In this document: piece after piece, positions 24,870-37,010 of the stretch
How the letters are laid out: every line of letters begins with the position of its first letter
Position numbering within the stretch: the stretch's first letter is position 1
Notes under the pieces: generated by a model
What the model saw: only the letters and a program-made list of their open reading frames with translations
Database searches by the model: none
What the model was told of the DNA's origin: nothing
Origin: Octopus bimaculoides
Lineage: Eukaryota
Length of the DNA: 43,016 nucleotides
Direction: 5' to 3'
Assembly (NCBI RefSeq): GCF_001194135.2
Contig: NC_068981.1
Location: 117,201,872 to 117,244,887 of the forward strand
Program-made: the position numbers and the translations under genes

Positions 24870-27194
24870 CCACTTGATAATATTTCCACATTTGATTCCC
24901 AATTCTAATCATTTTTACGATATTTTGCGTCTTATTATTTCTTTGTATAATAGTGTTCACTTGCTTAGTAACTATTGCTTTCATTATTTTATCACAGTCA
25001 TAAGCTCTCTTTTTTAAACAAACGTCAAGGTAGTCCAACTACAAAGGGGTGACCAGTTTGTCAAATTTTACCTTCCCCTCAAAGCAACTGAGAGATTTCA
25101 ATTCAGTAGCCGTCTGCAAGCTTTTCAGTGTATGTGTGTGAGATAGAGAGAGAGATGGGGAGAGAGAACATTGCAAACAATGAATGAAATAAATATGAAA
25201 TGAAAAATTCGTATAAATAAAAGGGTATAACTACAGATGTATATGCCCACGATTTTAGTATATTAAAAAAATTATCATTTTATCAAAAATATTCATTTAA
25301 CAAACTTGAGAAATTGATAATATTCTTGAAATTCTGCCTCGTAACAGCTATAATTAAATCATCATTAATGAAAATAGAGGCGAGATAGAGTGAGAGATTG
25401 TTGCAAATGAAAACGGAAAATGTCGCCTGCAACGAATCAATATTGTTTATTATTAAACATTAAAATCTACTCCGTAGTAAATGCAAGGAACATTTAAATT
25501 TGTAAAAAAAAAAATTGGATGCAGTAAATTTAATGAATATTTTAATTTGCGAAAAATTGGAGTTCAAAAATTCAATAAACTTCAGAAATTGAAATTATTG
25601 GAAACTTCTAAGAACATGAATTTATAAAATTATTTCGAGATGGTCAAGCTTTTAATATTGCTTTCTTTTAGTACTTTTAGTAACTGTTACATACCTAATT
25701 AATAAGCAGCTTTCTCCATTATGATATAGATGAACCGCATATCCACCTTCAGTCACTTTTCTCAGCAATAACATCATCATCCACATATATATGTTTTATG
25801 TGGTTCTATCATACTATATTTCTAAGATTGCAATGCACCTGTACTGTATTTCGAGACGTGCAATCATCTAAACCAGATCTCTGATTTTTAATATTATCCA
25901 AACTGGCCTAAATGATACTTTTACATCAGTACAGTTGTCAACCATTCAGTGTCGATTTATCATAATAGATATCACTAGCTATTCGATATATCTAAAAAAA
26001 AATTTTTTTAGATAAAAAAAAAATAATAAAAACTTCTAATAAGGATTTTTTTTTTTTCGGGATTCATTATTAGATAACATTTTTGTTAAATGAAATACTA
26101 GAAGAGATATTTCAGATTTTAAAATCATTCGCATTGCATGCTATATGAGCTTAAATACTACGATATTTCAGATGCCGCAACTTATGCTTCTCTACACAGC
26201 AATTAATTTTTGTGTTAAGCAAATTCGTTAAAAATTTTGTGTCTAGGGAGTGTCATTATACCAATATAATCAACACACAGAATGATGTAAAAAATCTGTT
26301 ATGATAACTATGTTCTGCTGGCAACATTTAGTTAGTATTAAATAAGAGGTCAATGAATTAAGGGACCACTTTCTTTGCTGCTATTATTATTTTTGTCTGA
26401 GAACAACTTTTATCGAACAAATTGCGACCAAAGTTATTCTAGTCTGAGAAATTCTATAATTTCTTTTTTCTAAGCAAGTGGAGGTGTGATTTGATGGCGA
26501 TTTCACTATTTATCTCAGCAGAATGAACTACCACATTTAAACAACTATCTTAGACTTATATATATTATGTTTCATCTTTCCTCACGGTGAACTTTCTTCA
26601 TAGTGAATTGCTGGTGGTGAATTGGTGGCGGTGAACTTACTTGTGATCAACATCGTTACCGCCAGTAACAACAACGCCAAATCTCTAACAAATCACTCTC
26701 GTTTCTCTTTAAAACTGGAATGACACATTGTATAATATAATCAATATCTGTATCTGTTTTGAAATATTGTCGATGTGAAATTGTTTTGAAAAAGGTATCA
26801 TTGTACCAGGAAAATTCCTTTTACTAACAATAAAAAATATAAACGCACTGGTTTGTAACAGAAGTGAAGTAGATGACGTCAGCAAAAGGACTCTGAGGAC
26901 CCAACTGACTGATTGATCGGACGGCTAATCAACCATCGATCAGCTGATTAGTAAACTAGTTGATTGATAATTGCTTCAAATTTAGAAATAATGCCAGCAA
27001 TTTTGCAAGAGGAAGATAGGCAACTGCACTGACTCCATTAATTTATTTGTGCTTTATTTTATCAACCCTGATTCGACGAAAAGCAAAGTTACTCCTGTTG
27101 GGTTTTGAACACTAAGCATGAAAGAAACAAATGCTGTAATCCATTTTATCGACGCTCCATAGATTCTGCTAATCCACTGCCCATAGTTAACTGA

Positions 27195-27201
27195 TAATAA
27201 A

Positions 27202-27278
<77 letters not shown>

Positions 27279-27287
27279 TGATGATAA
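27195..27287. repeat. (AAT)n microsatellite
   Basis: Seen directly. Confidence 0.95.
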
Positions 27288-27549
27288 AAGAAGTGGAATA
27301 TAACCAGTGCGTGTAAGTTTGTGAGGAAAATGGCCCTCCCTAAATACAGTAACAATGTAGCTCCTCATATATAAAAAAGCGGATTAGTCATGGGGCTGGA
27401 AAGCTTTTGATCATAAGTTTACTCGACCACGAATTATCTGAGGCTAACCAACAAAAACAACAACAACAAACCAATAGCTACGACGATAACGATGACTATG
27501 TTGAATTAAGTAGAAGGAAACCAAAGAGAAAGAAACTGCGTAAAATATG

Positions 27550-27649
27550 GAAGAAGAAGAAGAAGAAGAAGAAGAAGAAGAAGAAGAAGAAGAAGAAGAA
27601 GAAGAAGAAGAAGAAGAAGAAGAAGAAGAAGAAGAAGAAGAAGAAGAAG

Positions 27650-27678
<29 letters not shown>
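27550..27678. repeat. Perfect (GAA)43 microsatellite
   Basis: Seen directly. Source of the poly-E/K/S/L ORFs. Confidence 0.95.
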
Positions 27679-27681
<3 letters not shown>

Positions 27682-28296
27682 GTAGACGAGAGAGAAAGAT
27701 CAAGTTGCCAGGTCATTAGGACACAAATGTAGGTCCGTCTATTAGATTTCAAGTTCTTTTACTTCCTTCATAGATGGGAGACACCAGCCGTAGAGCCTCT
27801 TCAAACAGAAGAGACCTGGTTGGGGTGGAGGACTGCACCGGATGCTGTTATACTCATGCAAAGAAGAGGTTGGGCTATAGTAGTTGGAGAAGGATGAATA
27901 TCTGATGTCGACGTTCAAAACGAATATGGTGGTAGTGCTTGTGACGTTACTGTTTGTGGTGGTCATGATAGTAATAATGACGGTGGTTGCAGTGGTGGTG
28001 GTGTGCAGGTTGATGGTGGTGATAGCTGTGGTGATGTTGTTGGCGACGTTGGTTGTATTATAGTTGTTGTTGTTGTTGTTAAGGATGGAGGGGTACCAGC
28101 AGTGGCGATGGTGAGGTTTCAGTTGGGGTGATGTAAGTGTTGGTGGGGCAGACGCTGTTGTTGACATTAGTGATGAAATTACTGTTTTTTTCCATTATTT
28201 TTTATGCTCAAGGTCAGTTATGATTTAAAATGCCCCAGTGCTGTACATCACATCATTTCTACAGAGCGAACCCTATTGCCACATTATTCTATATGC

Positions 28297-28592
28297 TATG
28301 TGACCTTTTCTGAGACAGTGGGGTATGTTTTGAGGTAAATTTGACTGCTATTGCAAGCAACGGAGAAGACCACGTTAAGACTCTTTAACGATACTCCTAC
28401 TGAGTTAACTTCTGTAGCTTGTTTGTGATGAGGATGAAGATATGAATGGAGGGGACAGTGGTATCTCAATTGCTGCAAATGTTAAATGCGTAGTTCTGTG
28501 AAATTTTGAAAGGTTGTTTGGTGTTGAATTAGTTACGTTAATGTTGCTGGTGGTGATGTTGTTGTCACTAATGTTGTTGTTGCTACTGCTAC

Positions 28593-28628
<36 letters not shown>

Positions 28629-28790
28629 CGGAGACAGCGTGGTGGTGGGCAGTCAAGTAGCTGAACGGTCGCTTGTAAAGAATATGCATTGTTGGCTACC
28701 TAGCTGGTTAGTTGGTGTAATATGTTTTTTTAGTCATAAGTCAGCAGTGACTAAGCAGACTAACGATGAATAGCGTTCCGGCTATGACTA
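28297..28790 (-). repeat. Inverted homologue of 31028-31550 (~500 bp, roughly 80% identical by eye)
   Basis: The reverse complement aligns through shared non-repetitive blocks, e.g. CATTCAGCTACTTGACTGCCCAC, GTAACTAATTCAAC and ACAGAAGTTAACTCAGTAGGAGTATCGTTAAAGAGTC. Confidence 0.85.
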
Positions 28791-28904
28791 TCCTGTCTTT
28801 ATCTAGTGCTTTTGGTATACATGGCACTCCTTTTCAAGACTCGAAGGTATCATCTGGTAGAGATTTGGCGATCATTTCTACCATGGTAAACCACTATTTA
28901 GAAC

Positions 28905-28960
28905 TGTGGTTCCCAACCGGGGTCCATATGTCCCTTGCGGGGTTCATATAAGATTTTGTT
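28905..28960 (+). mobile_element. hAT-like terminal sequence fragment
   Basis: CTGTGGTTCCCAACCGGGGTCC resembles the CAGTGGTT(C/T)(C/T)CAAC termini of hAT/Charlie elements. No partner terminus or 8-bp TSD identified. Confidence 0.35.
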
Positions 28961-29329
28961 GTTAAAATGTCTCCAATAAACTAGTAATACTTCTACAGGT
29001 GTGGATGTGTGGTAAGAAATCCGGAACACCAATGTTCACCAAATTTCATTGAGCGAACATATAGAGACATGTGCTCAGAAAATGTTTCTAGTTTTTCCTT
29101 TCCACAAACTACATGCCACAAGTGAGGTTGGAAGAAAGGTAAAAAGAAAATGGTTTATCAAAATGTTCAAACCTGTTCTGAGCGTAAATAACAGCAATAA
29201 TATACCAACCAGTTAATGATGTGGACTAATAAATATAAACAAGTTACAGAATATCAGTATGCCTGGCAAAACTTGATGTTTAAGTTGAAAGCACTAATTT
29301 TGTTAAAATACCATAATAAAAAAAATGAT

Positions 29330-29520
29330 AACCAGACTAGGTTTTAACTTTATTCAATTGATTCGAAACGCCTAGTTTAGAAATAGAGGCAGCTGATGAA
29401 GGAAAAGTTCCATAAGTGGCTCGTCTGTTTTCCTATGTGTTCATTCTGTTGTCCGTAAAATAAAGTCCGTTTTTTGTGCTTTGTTATTGTTCCCGTTCCT
29501 GTTTTGACGTCCTGTACCCG
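29330..29520 (+). mobile_element. Penelope-type terminal remnant with a partial hammerhead core
   Basis: CGAAACG at 29364 and CTGATGA-A-GGAA aag TTCC at 29393-29412 (stem II present, GAAA lost). A related CTGATGAAGGG block lies at 3030. Confidence 0.35.
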
Positions 29521-29679
29521 GATATGCATCTATATATACATGTAGATGTAGGTATGTACATATATGTATGTATACATGCATGTTCTCATATATCATTTGT
29601 ATTATTATATATATATATAATCAATCCAAACATGAACAAGCAAGAAAAAACAACAACGCGAGGACGTGGAATAAGTACA

Positions 29680-29763
29680 GTGTTATTGGACGCTCAGGGA
29701 CGGAAAGAAAAGAAAGAGGATTTCACGTTTCGAGCGGAGCTCTTCATCAGAAATATAGAACAC
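29680..29763 (-). ncRNA. Hammerhead-ribozyme-like motif in a Penelope-type terminal remnant
   Basis: Minus strand: CTGATGA (29750-29744), an extra A, stem II GAGC-tcc-GCTC, GAAAC, stem III ACGT/GCGT with a ~31-nt pyrimidine-rich loop, GUC triplet (29691-29689), and bulged stem I GTGT..TATT/AATA-ACAC with a mismatched first pair. Confidence 0.6.
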
Positions 29764-29864
29764 GTATATATGTAGAGGGAAGACGGAGAAAGAAAATCGC
29801 CAGTATGTATGTATGTATGTATGTATGTATGTATGTATGTATGTATGTATATTTGCGTGTCTGT

Positions 29865-30070
29865 GTTTGTCTCCCCACTATCGCTTGACAATCGGTGTTG
29901 GTGTCTTTACGTCCCCGTAACTTAACAGTTCAGCAGAAGAGACCGATAGAATAAGTACTAGGCTTACAAAGAATAAGTCCTGTGGTCGATTTGTTCGACT
30001 AAAGGCAGTACTCCAGCATGGCCACCGTCAAATAACTGTAACAAGGAAAAGAGTAAAAGAGTAAAAGAGT
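29865..30070 (+). mobile_element. SINE family A, 3' part ending in (AAAAGAGT)3
   Basis: Matches 18645-18826. Preceded by (TATG)n. Confidence 0.8.
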
Positions 30071-30240
30071 TAAAGAGACCATCACACCAACTCGCCAACT
30101 AGATAGCCAATAACGCATATTGTTTACAAGCGGCCATTCAGCTACTTGACTGCCCACTTCAAGGGCATAACTTACCCTGTACTACAGCCACCCACCACAA
30201 TCGCCACCACGGTCATCCTCATTGTCATCATCATCATTAT
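30071..30240 (+). repeat. 170-bp direct duplicate, identical to 31077-31246
   Basis: Base-by-base comparison finds no mismatch; offset is 1006 bp. Confidence 0.95.
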
Positions 30241-31020
30241 TCAAAATATTCAAACTATTTTTTATGCAATTTCTAATAATATTTAAGTATTAAAATATAA
30301 TAATTTTTTCAAAATATCGAATGACTAGGAGGGACCCCACGCCGAATAAAATCGCAGTCAGAGAGTTCCACAAGTAATAAAAATAAATGAGATCTACTGA
30401 TTTAGAAGATCCTTCTTTGGTTCGAGTTAGCTGGTTGCTTGTTAATATAAACATTTTTATCTTTTATTTCTTTAAGCCATTGGACAGTGGCCATGCTGGA
30501 GCACAAGTTTGAAGGGTTTAGTTGAGTAAATCGAGACACCTTGGGCAAGTGTCTCCTACTATAGCCCCAAGCCGACCAAAGATTTGTGAGTGGATTTGAG
30601 ATGCAAACTGGAAGAAGCCTATACAGATGTCGCTTTACAGTAGATGTTGTCATTATACGTAGAGTTGGATGCTGGATTCGCGATCCAACACAACCATGAA
30701 CTGGCACGATATTCAAATGGAAATTATGTTTCCAAACTGATGCATCTTCCTTGTGAATTCATGTTTCTACAACACCATAGAATAAATTAACAGTTGACAA
30801 GTTTCAAAAATAATTTGGGAAATAAAGTATTTCAAACAAGTGCAACCAGCTAACTCGAGCTAAAGAGAGAATTTCTCAACCATTTTTTTAATGTAGTGAC
30901 CCCTTTTATTTTAATCGGGGTGGGGTCCTTCATAGCCATTTGATGTTTAAAACTTTCTATTATATTTTTATGATTAATATTATTGAGAACTGTATAAAAA
31001 TTGTTAAAATATTTTGTGAA
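30241..31020. repeat. Diverged ~120-bp inverted arms (30241-30360 vs 30905-31020), hAT-MITE-like, flanking SINE A pieces at 30445-30625
   Basis: The reverse complement of 30241-30360 aligns with ATCGGGGTGGGGTCCTTCATAGCCATTTGATG...AAAATATTTTG. A terminal-like TCTCAACC lies at 30874-30881. Confidence 0.55.
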
Positions 31021-31563
31021 TTGTAGTAGTATAACCAGTTTATCGTTAGTCTTCTCAGTCAATGCTGACCAATGACTAAAGAGACCATCACACCAACTCG
31101 CCAACTAGATAGCCAATAACGCATATTGTTTACAAGCGGCCATTCAGCTACTTGACTGCCCACTTCAAGGGCATAACTTACCCTGTACTACAGCCACCCA
31201 CCACAATCGCCACCACGGTCATCCTCATTGTCATCATCATCATTATCAGCAGCAGCAGTAGTAGCAGCAACATTAGTGACAACAACATCGCCACCAGCAA
31301 CAACATTACCGTAACTAATTCAACCCAAAACATCCTTCAAAACTTCACAGAACTACGCATTTAACATTAGCAGCAATTGAGATACCGCTATCACCTCCAT
31401 TCATATCTTCATCATCATCACAAACAAACTACAGAAGTTAACTCAGTAGGAGTATCGTTAAAGAGTCTCAATGTGGTCTTCTACGTTGCTCGAAATAGCA
31501 GTCAAGTTTACTTCAAAACGCACCCTAATGGCTTAGAAAAAGCTGTCACACAGTCGGACTGAA

Positions 31564-31962
31564 CATGGTTTTCATTGAATTGCCGAAAGATTTTGATACC
31601 TTGGAAAATTGTCGGCGAACTTGTTTGTCCGGGTATCTGTAACGAAATGTATATCTTTTAACGATGGAATGGAAACCTGGGTCAGTGTCGATGGTAACAT
31701 AGTGGGACTAGTTCTTTTCCTTGTATTTTACTATCATTGTCACTGATGTTTCATTGCACTTCTGTAATATATGTGGTATGCGGAACTTCTGGCCGACTCT
31801 CCAGCTTGTACCGATTTGTTGCAGAAACGAAAATTTTCCAATCTTATATTCGTGGATTCCTTTATACGAATGATTGCAACTTAGTTATCTATGTAGTAGA
31901 AGATACATTCTTATGGATCATATTTCTGCAATTTGTAAGAGGTTTCGACTTAACATTAGCCT
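31564..31962 (+). pseudogene. RTE-clade LINE reverse-transcriptase core fragment
   Basis: MVFIELPKDFDTL (consensus VFIDLxKAFDTV), GELVCP...SFNDGMETWVSVDG, GRLSSLYRFVAETK...IRGFLYTNDC (consensus GxLFNLRRL...LFADDC) and FDLTLA (consensus FGLTIS). Confidence 0.8.
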
Positions 31963-32037
31963 GGATAATGATTGTATCATACATATGTATATATATATAT
32001 ATATAAACACATACTCACATACGTGTACAGATATATA

Positions 32038-32074
<37 letters not shown>

Positions 32075-32699
32075 GTATGTGTGTGTGTATGTGTGTGTGT
32101 TATAATATAATATAACTTGGCGCATATGAACATCGCAAACTCTATGTTCGTGGTCTAATCGGCGCTTTCATTCACCAAGTGTGCTTCATATTTAACAAAA
32201 AAGTGAAAGCGAATCTAAATTCACAATGAAATCCGATGCGTGATGATTTGTACATGCACACACACACACATACACACATACACTCACACATACATATGTC
32301 TGTGCGTATGTATACTAGTACGAATATGCTATCTTTAAGATAGCATGTTTTACATTGGTTTGATATCATTGTATTATATATTCCTTTATTGTATATGTCT
32401 AACTATACATATGGTATGCATTTGGGGGAAGGATACTGGCAAGACGTGCAACATGAAATGGAAAACGTAAAGTGTAAGTATATGTATATACACTCATATA
32501 TACATACACGTATATACTTTCGCTTGATTTCTTAAGCATGAATAGCACAGATGTGTCTGTTCACTACTATCGTCGATATATACTCTTTCGATATATACTT
32601 TTCACAGTCCCAACAACTAGGGATTCCCTCTATGCGTAATTGCCAACTTCCTCTTGGATGTGGATTCTCTAATGAATTTTATAGACACGCTACATGCTA

Positions 32700-33480
32700 A
32701 ATCAAGTTGTATGCCAAATTACTAAGACAAACAAACAAGATGACCTATATGAACACATCGCTCGATCTTTTCATATTCGATACGATTTCATCCGAATTCC
32801 CTCCTCCAGACATGCTGTTTTCTATGAACAATCTTGAGCGAGGTTTACCCTTCCATTTTCCATGATTTCGGCCTTCTCTAGTGTATTCTTGATGCCACCT
32901 TTATATGTTGCTTTTGGTTTGAACACGGATCTCTTATCCTGGACTAACTCTCCGTACAGAAATTCCTTAAAGATCCGATCGTTTTCTATCCTGAGAACAT
33001 AACCACTCCATTGTAATCGTTGCTAAAGTAATAGAGATTTGTAGTATTAAAGTACCAGCGACTGACTACGTTCGAAGACTTCAACGTTTCTTACGTTCAT
33101 TTGCCATCGTTTGTCGAACTTAAGGCGAGGACATTGTTCAGGAAATCGCTCCAGCCTCGTGATATGCCTCCAATAAGAAACCCAGATTTCACATGCTTAT
33201 ATTAACGAAAACCAATCAGAAGTATTGTAGAATCTTCAACTTTGTCTCAACTAAAATTCCATGCTGAAACCATAAATGTCAATCCAATTTTCTGAATGCA
33301 TCGCTGTTCTGGCTTTCTTGATTCGAAAGGGAGATTTCATGAAGACTCTTTGCTATGTTACTGTCTAAATATGCACATTTGTGCATGACCTGCAATTTCC
33401 CTCAATACACATATATTTGATCATAGGTATGCTCAGTTTAGATAGCTCTGAATTTAAACACCCAAACATTTTTCTTTAAT
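32700..33480 (-). pseudogene. RTE-clade LINE C-terminal fragment (post-YADD region)
   Basis: Minus-strand frameshifted motifs GKLQVMHKCAYLDS, AFRKL, HGILVETKLKI, ACEIWVSYWRHITRLERF, RLQWSGYVLRIENDRIFKEFLYGELVQDKRS and LAQD match RTE ORF consensus in order. Confidence 0.82.
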
Positions 33481-33520
33481 CTCATTAATCACAAAATACC
33501 TTCACTAACGTTATACCACT

Positions 33521-33554
<34 letters not shown>

Positions 33555-33580
33555 GCTACTACTACTACTACTACTACTAC

Positions 33581-33612
<32 letters not shown>

Positions 33613-33628
33613 CGACGACGACGACGAT

Positions 33629-33661
<33 letters not shown>

Positions 33662-33674
33662 CACTACTACTACT
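33521..33674. repeat. Compound (CTA)n(CGA)n(CTA)n microsatellite
   Basis: Seen directly. A similar compound (CAA)(CTA)(GAT)(GAC) array lies at 35595-35830. Confidence 0.95.
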
Positions 33675-35611
33675 GTGGACCGACAAGAATTGAGTGTTGA
33701 GATGGTTACAAACATTCTTGGAGTTAGTGCCCCAGCATGGCTGCAGTCTAAATGACTGAAACGAGATATAGAAATATATAAGAATTATATAGGCAAAGAA
33801 AAAAATCGAAGCTGTCTCTTCTTGAAGCATATCTGCTTATTCCAGTATTATAATCCAGTTCGTAGGAAATTTATTACACTTTTATCCAACATGTACAATT
33901 TTGTGATTCTTATTAGTAAATGAAACATGTGTAATGGAGAATATATAATACTAAAGATTTTCGAGATTCCAGGTTTATTTTATAAATACACACACACACA
34001 TACATAAATACACACACACACACACACACACAAATACACACACGTAAATACGTATATGTTATTTATACTAACCGATTTGACTAGATGTGCATTTGAGTGT
34101 GTTATTGTTTACTGTGTATATCCATTATCAGGCATAAGGTATGATATAATATTCGGTTTAATATTCCAACTCAGATTTTGATTTACATAAAAAATGTCTT
34201 TGGGATTTTAGCAACTGTGTTGAATTCTCTTAATTTTTGAAGAGAAAAATATCTTTACTTCCTCAATTTGTGAAAGATGTCGTTTTTAAATCTGTAAATC
34301 TCTTCTTATAGCTTCCCACATTTTATTTAGGTGACAGGCAAGATTTCGAACCATATGCCGTCAGTGAAAAAACATATACAGATATACATACAAAGATGTG
34401 TGCACGCATACATACATACATACATACATACATACATACATACATACATACATAGATGCATACATGCATACATACATACATACACACATACATACATACG
34501 TACATACATACATACATACATACATACATACGTACATATATACATACACACACACACATAACTGTGATCATGTGCAGCAAATTATACGTATACAGTATAT
34601 GTGTGTGTGTGTGTATGTATATATACACATACACAAATATTAGGATGCACGCCTATCCATCTATGTATCTATTTTTCTATCTATACATCTATTTATCTAT
34701 CGGTCTGGCTATATATATATCTTTATCTATATCTACACACACACATATATATAAGCATTTCAGGATGTATGTATATCTATATATGCATACATATTGCCGA
34801 CTTCAAAAAAAAAGGTGTCATGAACCACCTTCCTCTGATCGATTAATTAGAAGATTTTTCGTTTGAATATGTAAAGAAATGCATTTACTTTATCAGATTC
34901 CGTGCCCAGTCTGACTCATGCTTGATACTCGGAATTCCCACGCTTGCTATGTCTAAAGAACAAAGTGCCAAGCCTGCAACAGATTTTCCAGTACCCTTAG
35001 GCTAAGTCTTAATATATATTACAAATGACTGCAAACCACTGTATCTAAGCACTTTTTTTTATTTTTCATTTGTTTTTTTTTGTCTGTTTTTTTTTTTGTT
35101 TTTTTACTAACGCTGCGATCATCACCCTGATGGTATTTGTTGGGGTTTTTTATGATAATAAGGAGAAAGCTTTTACATAGTCATTCAAGTTGATAGAAAA
35201 TGGGGAAAATACCCTCAAATCAAGCCCTCTCCTCTGAGAAAATGAACTGCCACATCAGTTAGTGTTGTTCAAGGCACTCGCAAAGCGTGTTGGTCATGAC
35301 TAAGATGCTTTTCATTATTGGTCTCTTTGATCAAGGGTACCGTCGATTAAACAACAATAACACTTGTTATCAAGGTATTTCTTAAGGGCCATCTTCCTGT
35401 TGCGGAACCGCCATGAAATAGTAAACTCCATCTGCCTCAAATCGTATCTTACCTTCTTAAAACAATGCAGAGTGAAGTAGTCCCAGAAATAAGCACGAAA
35501 TCTGAGTAAGAGAGAAACTAGTCATTTGACTAGAATCCCTTGATCATACATGAACTCCATCCAGATTCACGCAGTGCTACACAAAACATGACAACAAATA
35601 CAACAACAACA

Positions 35612-35673
<62 letters not shown>

Positions 35674-35921
35674 ATAGGTTATATTCGTCCCGAACATAAT
35701 GCTACTGTTGTTACTCGTTCTAATGATGATGATGATGATGACGACGACGACGACGACGATGATGATGATGATGTTGATGTGGGTGATGATGATGACATTA
35801 ACAATGATGATGTGGATGACGAGGACGACGATAATTTTGATGGAGGATAGCAGGTTGTAAGTAGTTATGAGTTGGGGTTAATAGCAACAGTGATAAAGGG
35901 GGAAATACATACGCGCGCGCG

Positions 35922-35986
<65 letters not shown>

Positions 35987-36385
35987 CCTTTTACTGTATG
36001 TTGATAAAAAATGTTCTTCAAGAGATGGGACCGAAGCTGAAAATTTGGAAAGAAAAGTATGACAATTTACCCATACCAAAGAAGAGTTTTTTATTTTGAT
36101 CTGAATGAATATGTGCTCAAAGCATTTACAAGATATCGATGCGAGTTAGATCGATGCAGGTTATGTTCCTTTTAAGCAGCTGCAAGTGGACGTCTACAAG
36201 AACAGAATGCATATAGAAAGTATACGAGAAAGTATACGTCCTGGGAGGCATATAGAAAGTATACGTCCTGGGAGGCAGGACTGGCTGATGCGAGGCCTAG
36301 TCTTTAGCTGAACACAATATGGATGACAGAGAAACAAGTTAATCGACAGTGGCATTAGACTAGTAGGTATATATGTATGCATGTG

Positions 36386-36418
<33 letters not shown>

Positions 36419-36829
36419 GCTTAGAAGCTAACATCCCTTTTAAGATGAATGTATACCTTCGCAATTAATATATTCTTCTATACACAATCATACACTCCCG
36501 TGAATACATATATATATGTGTGTTTGTGTGTGTATACTTTGTGTGTTGTAAGGAATTTTTTTCTATATTTGTGCTTCTGTCCTGTCTTATTGCGGGTTAC
36601 AATAGCAATAGAATCTTTAGGTACTGAAAAGAAGTATCTATTCAAATGTAATAAAATTGTTTTCTAAGAAAGCTTTTAAGGTTTGCTGCTCAATTTCAGT
36701 CATATTATATTGAGTGAGTGAGGGTTTAATCTTCTGTGTCACTAGTTTATTTTCAACAATGATGTAGACCTGGCAAAATCATTAGAGCGTAGGACAAAAT
36801 GTCTACGTTGTAATGTTGCTAATCTTGTA

Positions 36830-37010
36830 TCTTTTATCTTTTACTTGTTTCAGTTGTTGGATTGCGGCCATGCTGGGGCACAACCTTCAAGGATTTAGTT
36901 GATCAAATCGAGCCCGGACTTATTCTATCGACCCTCTTTTTGCCGAACAGTTAGTTTACGAGAACGTAAACAAATCAACACTGGTTGCCGAGTGATATAG
37001 GAGACGAACA
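36830..37010 (-). mobile_element. SINE family A, 3' part
   Basis: Reverse-complement match to 29865-30050. Abuts (CA)n at 37020-37070. Confidence 0.75.

Noticed and set aside
27742-28167. Thr/Asn-rich 141-aa minus-strand ORF as a mucin-like exon
   Set aside because: Composition fits a decayed (GGT/GTT/GAT)n microsatellite, as seen at several other places in the window.
31564-33480. Twin-priming 5' inversion as the cause of the RTE orientation switch
   Set aside because: Twin priming joins the 5' ends of the two segments (divergent arrows); here the 3' ends face each other.
36205-36280. Short tandem GAAAGTATACG(TCCTGGGAGGC) repeats as a CRISPR-like array
   Set aside because: No spacers, only 2-3 partial units, eukaryotic context; ordinary slippage duplication.
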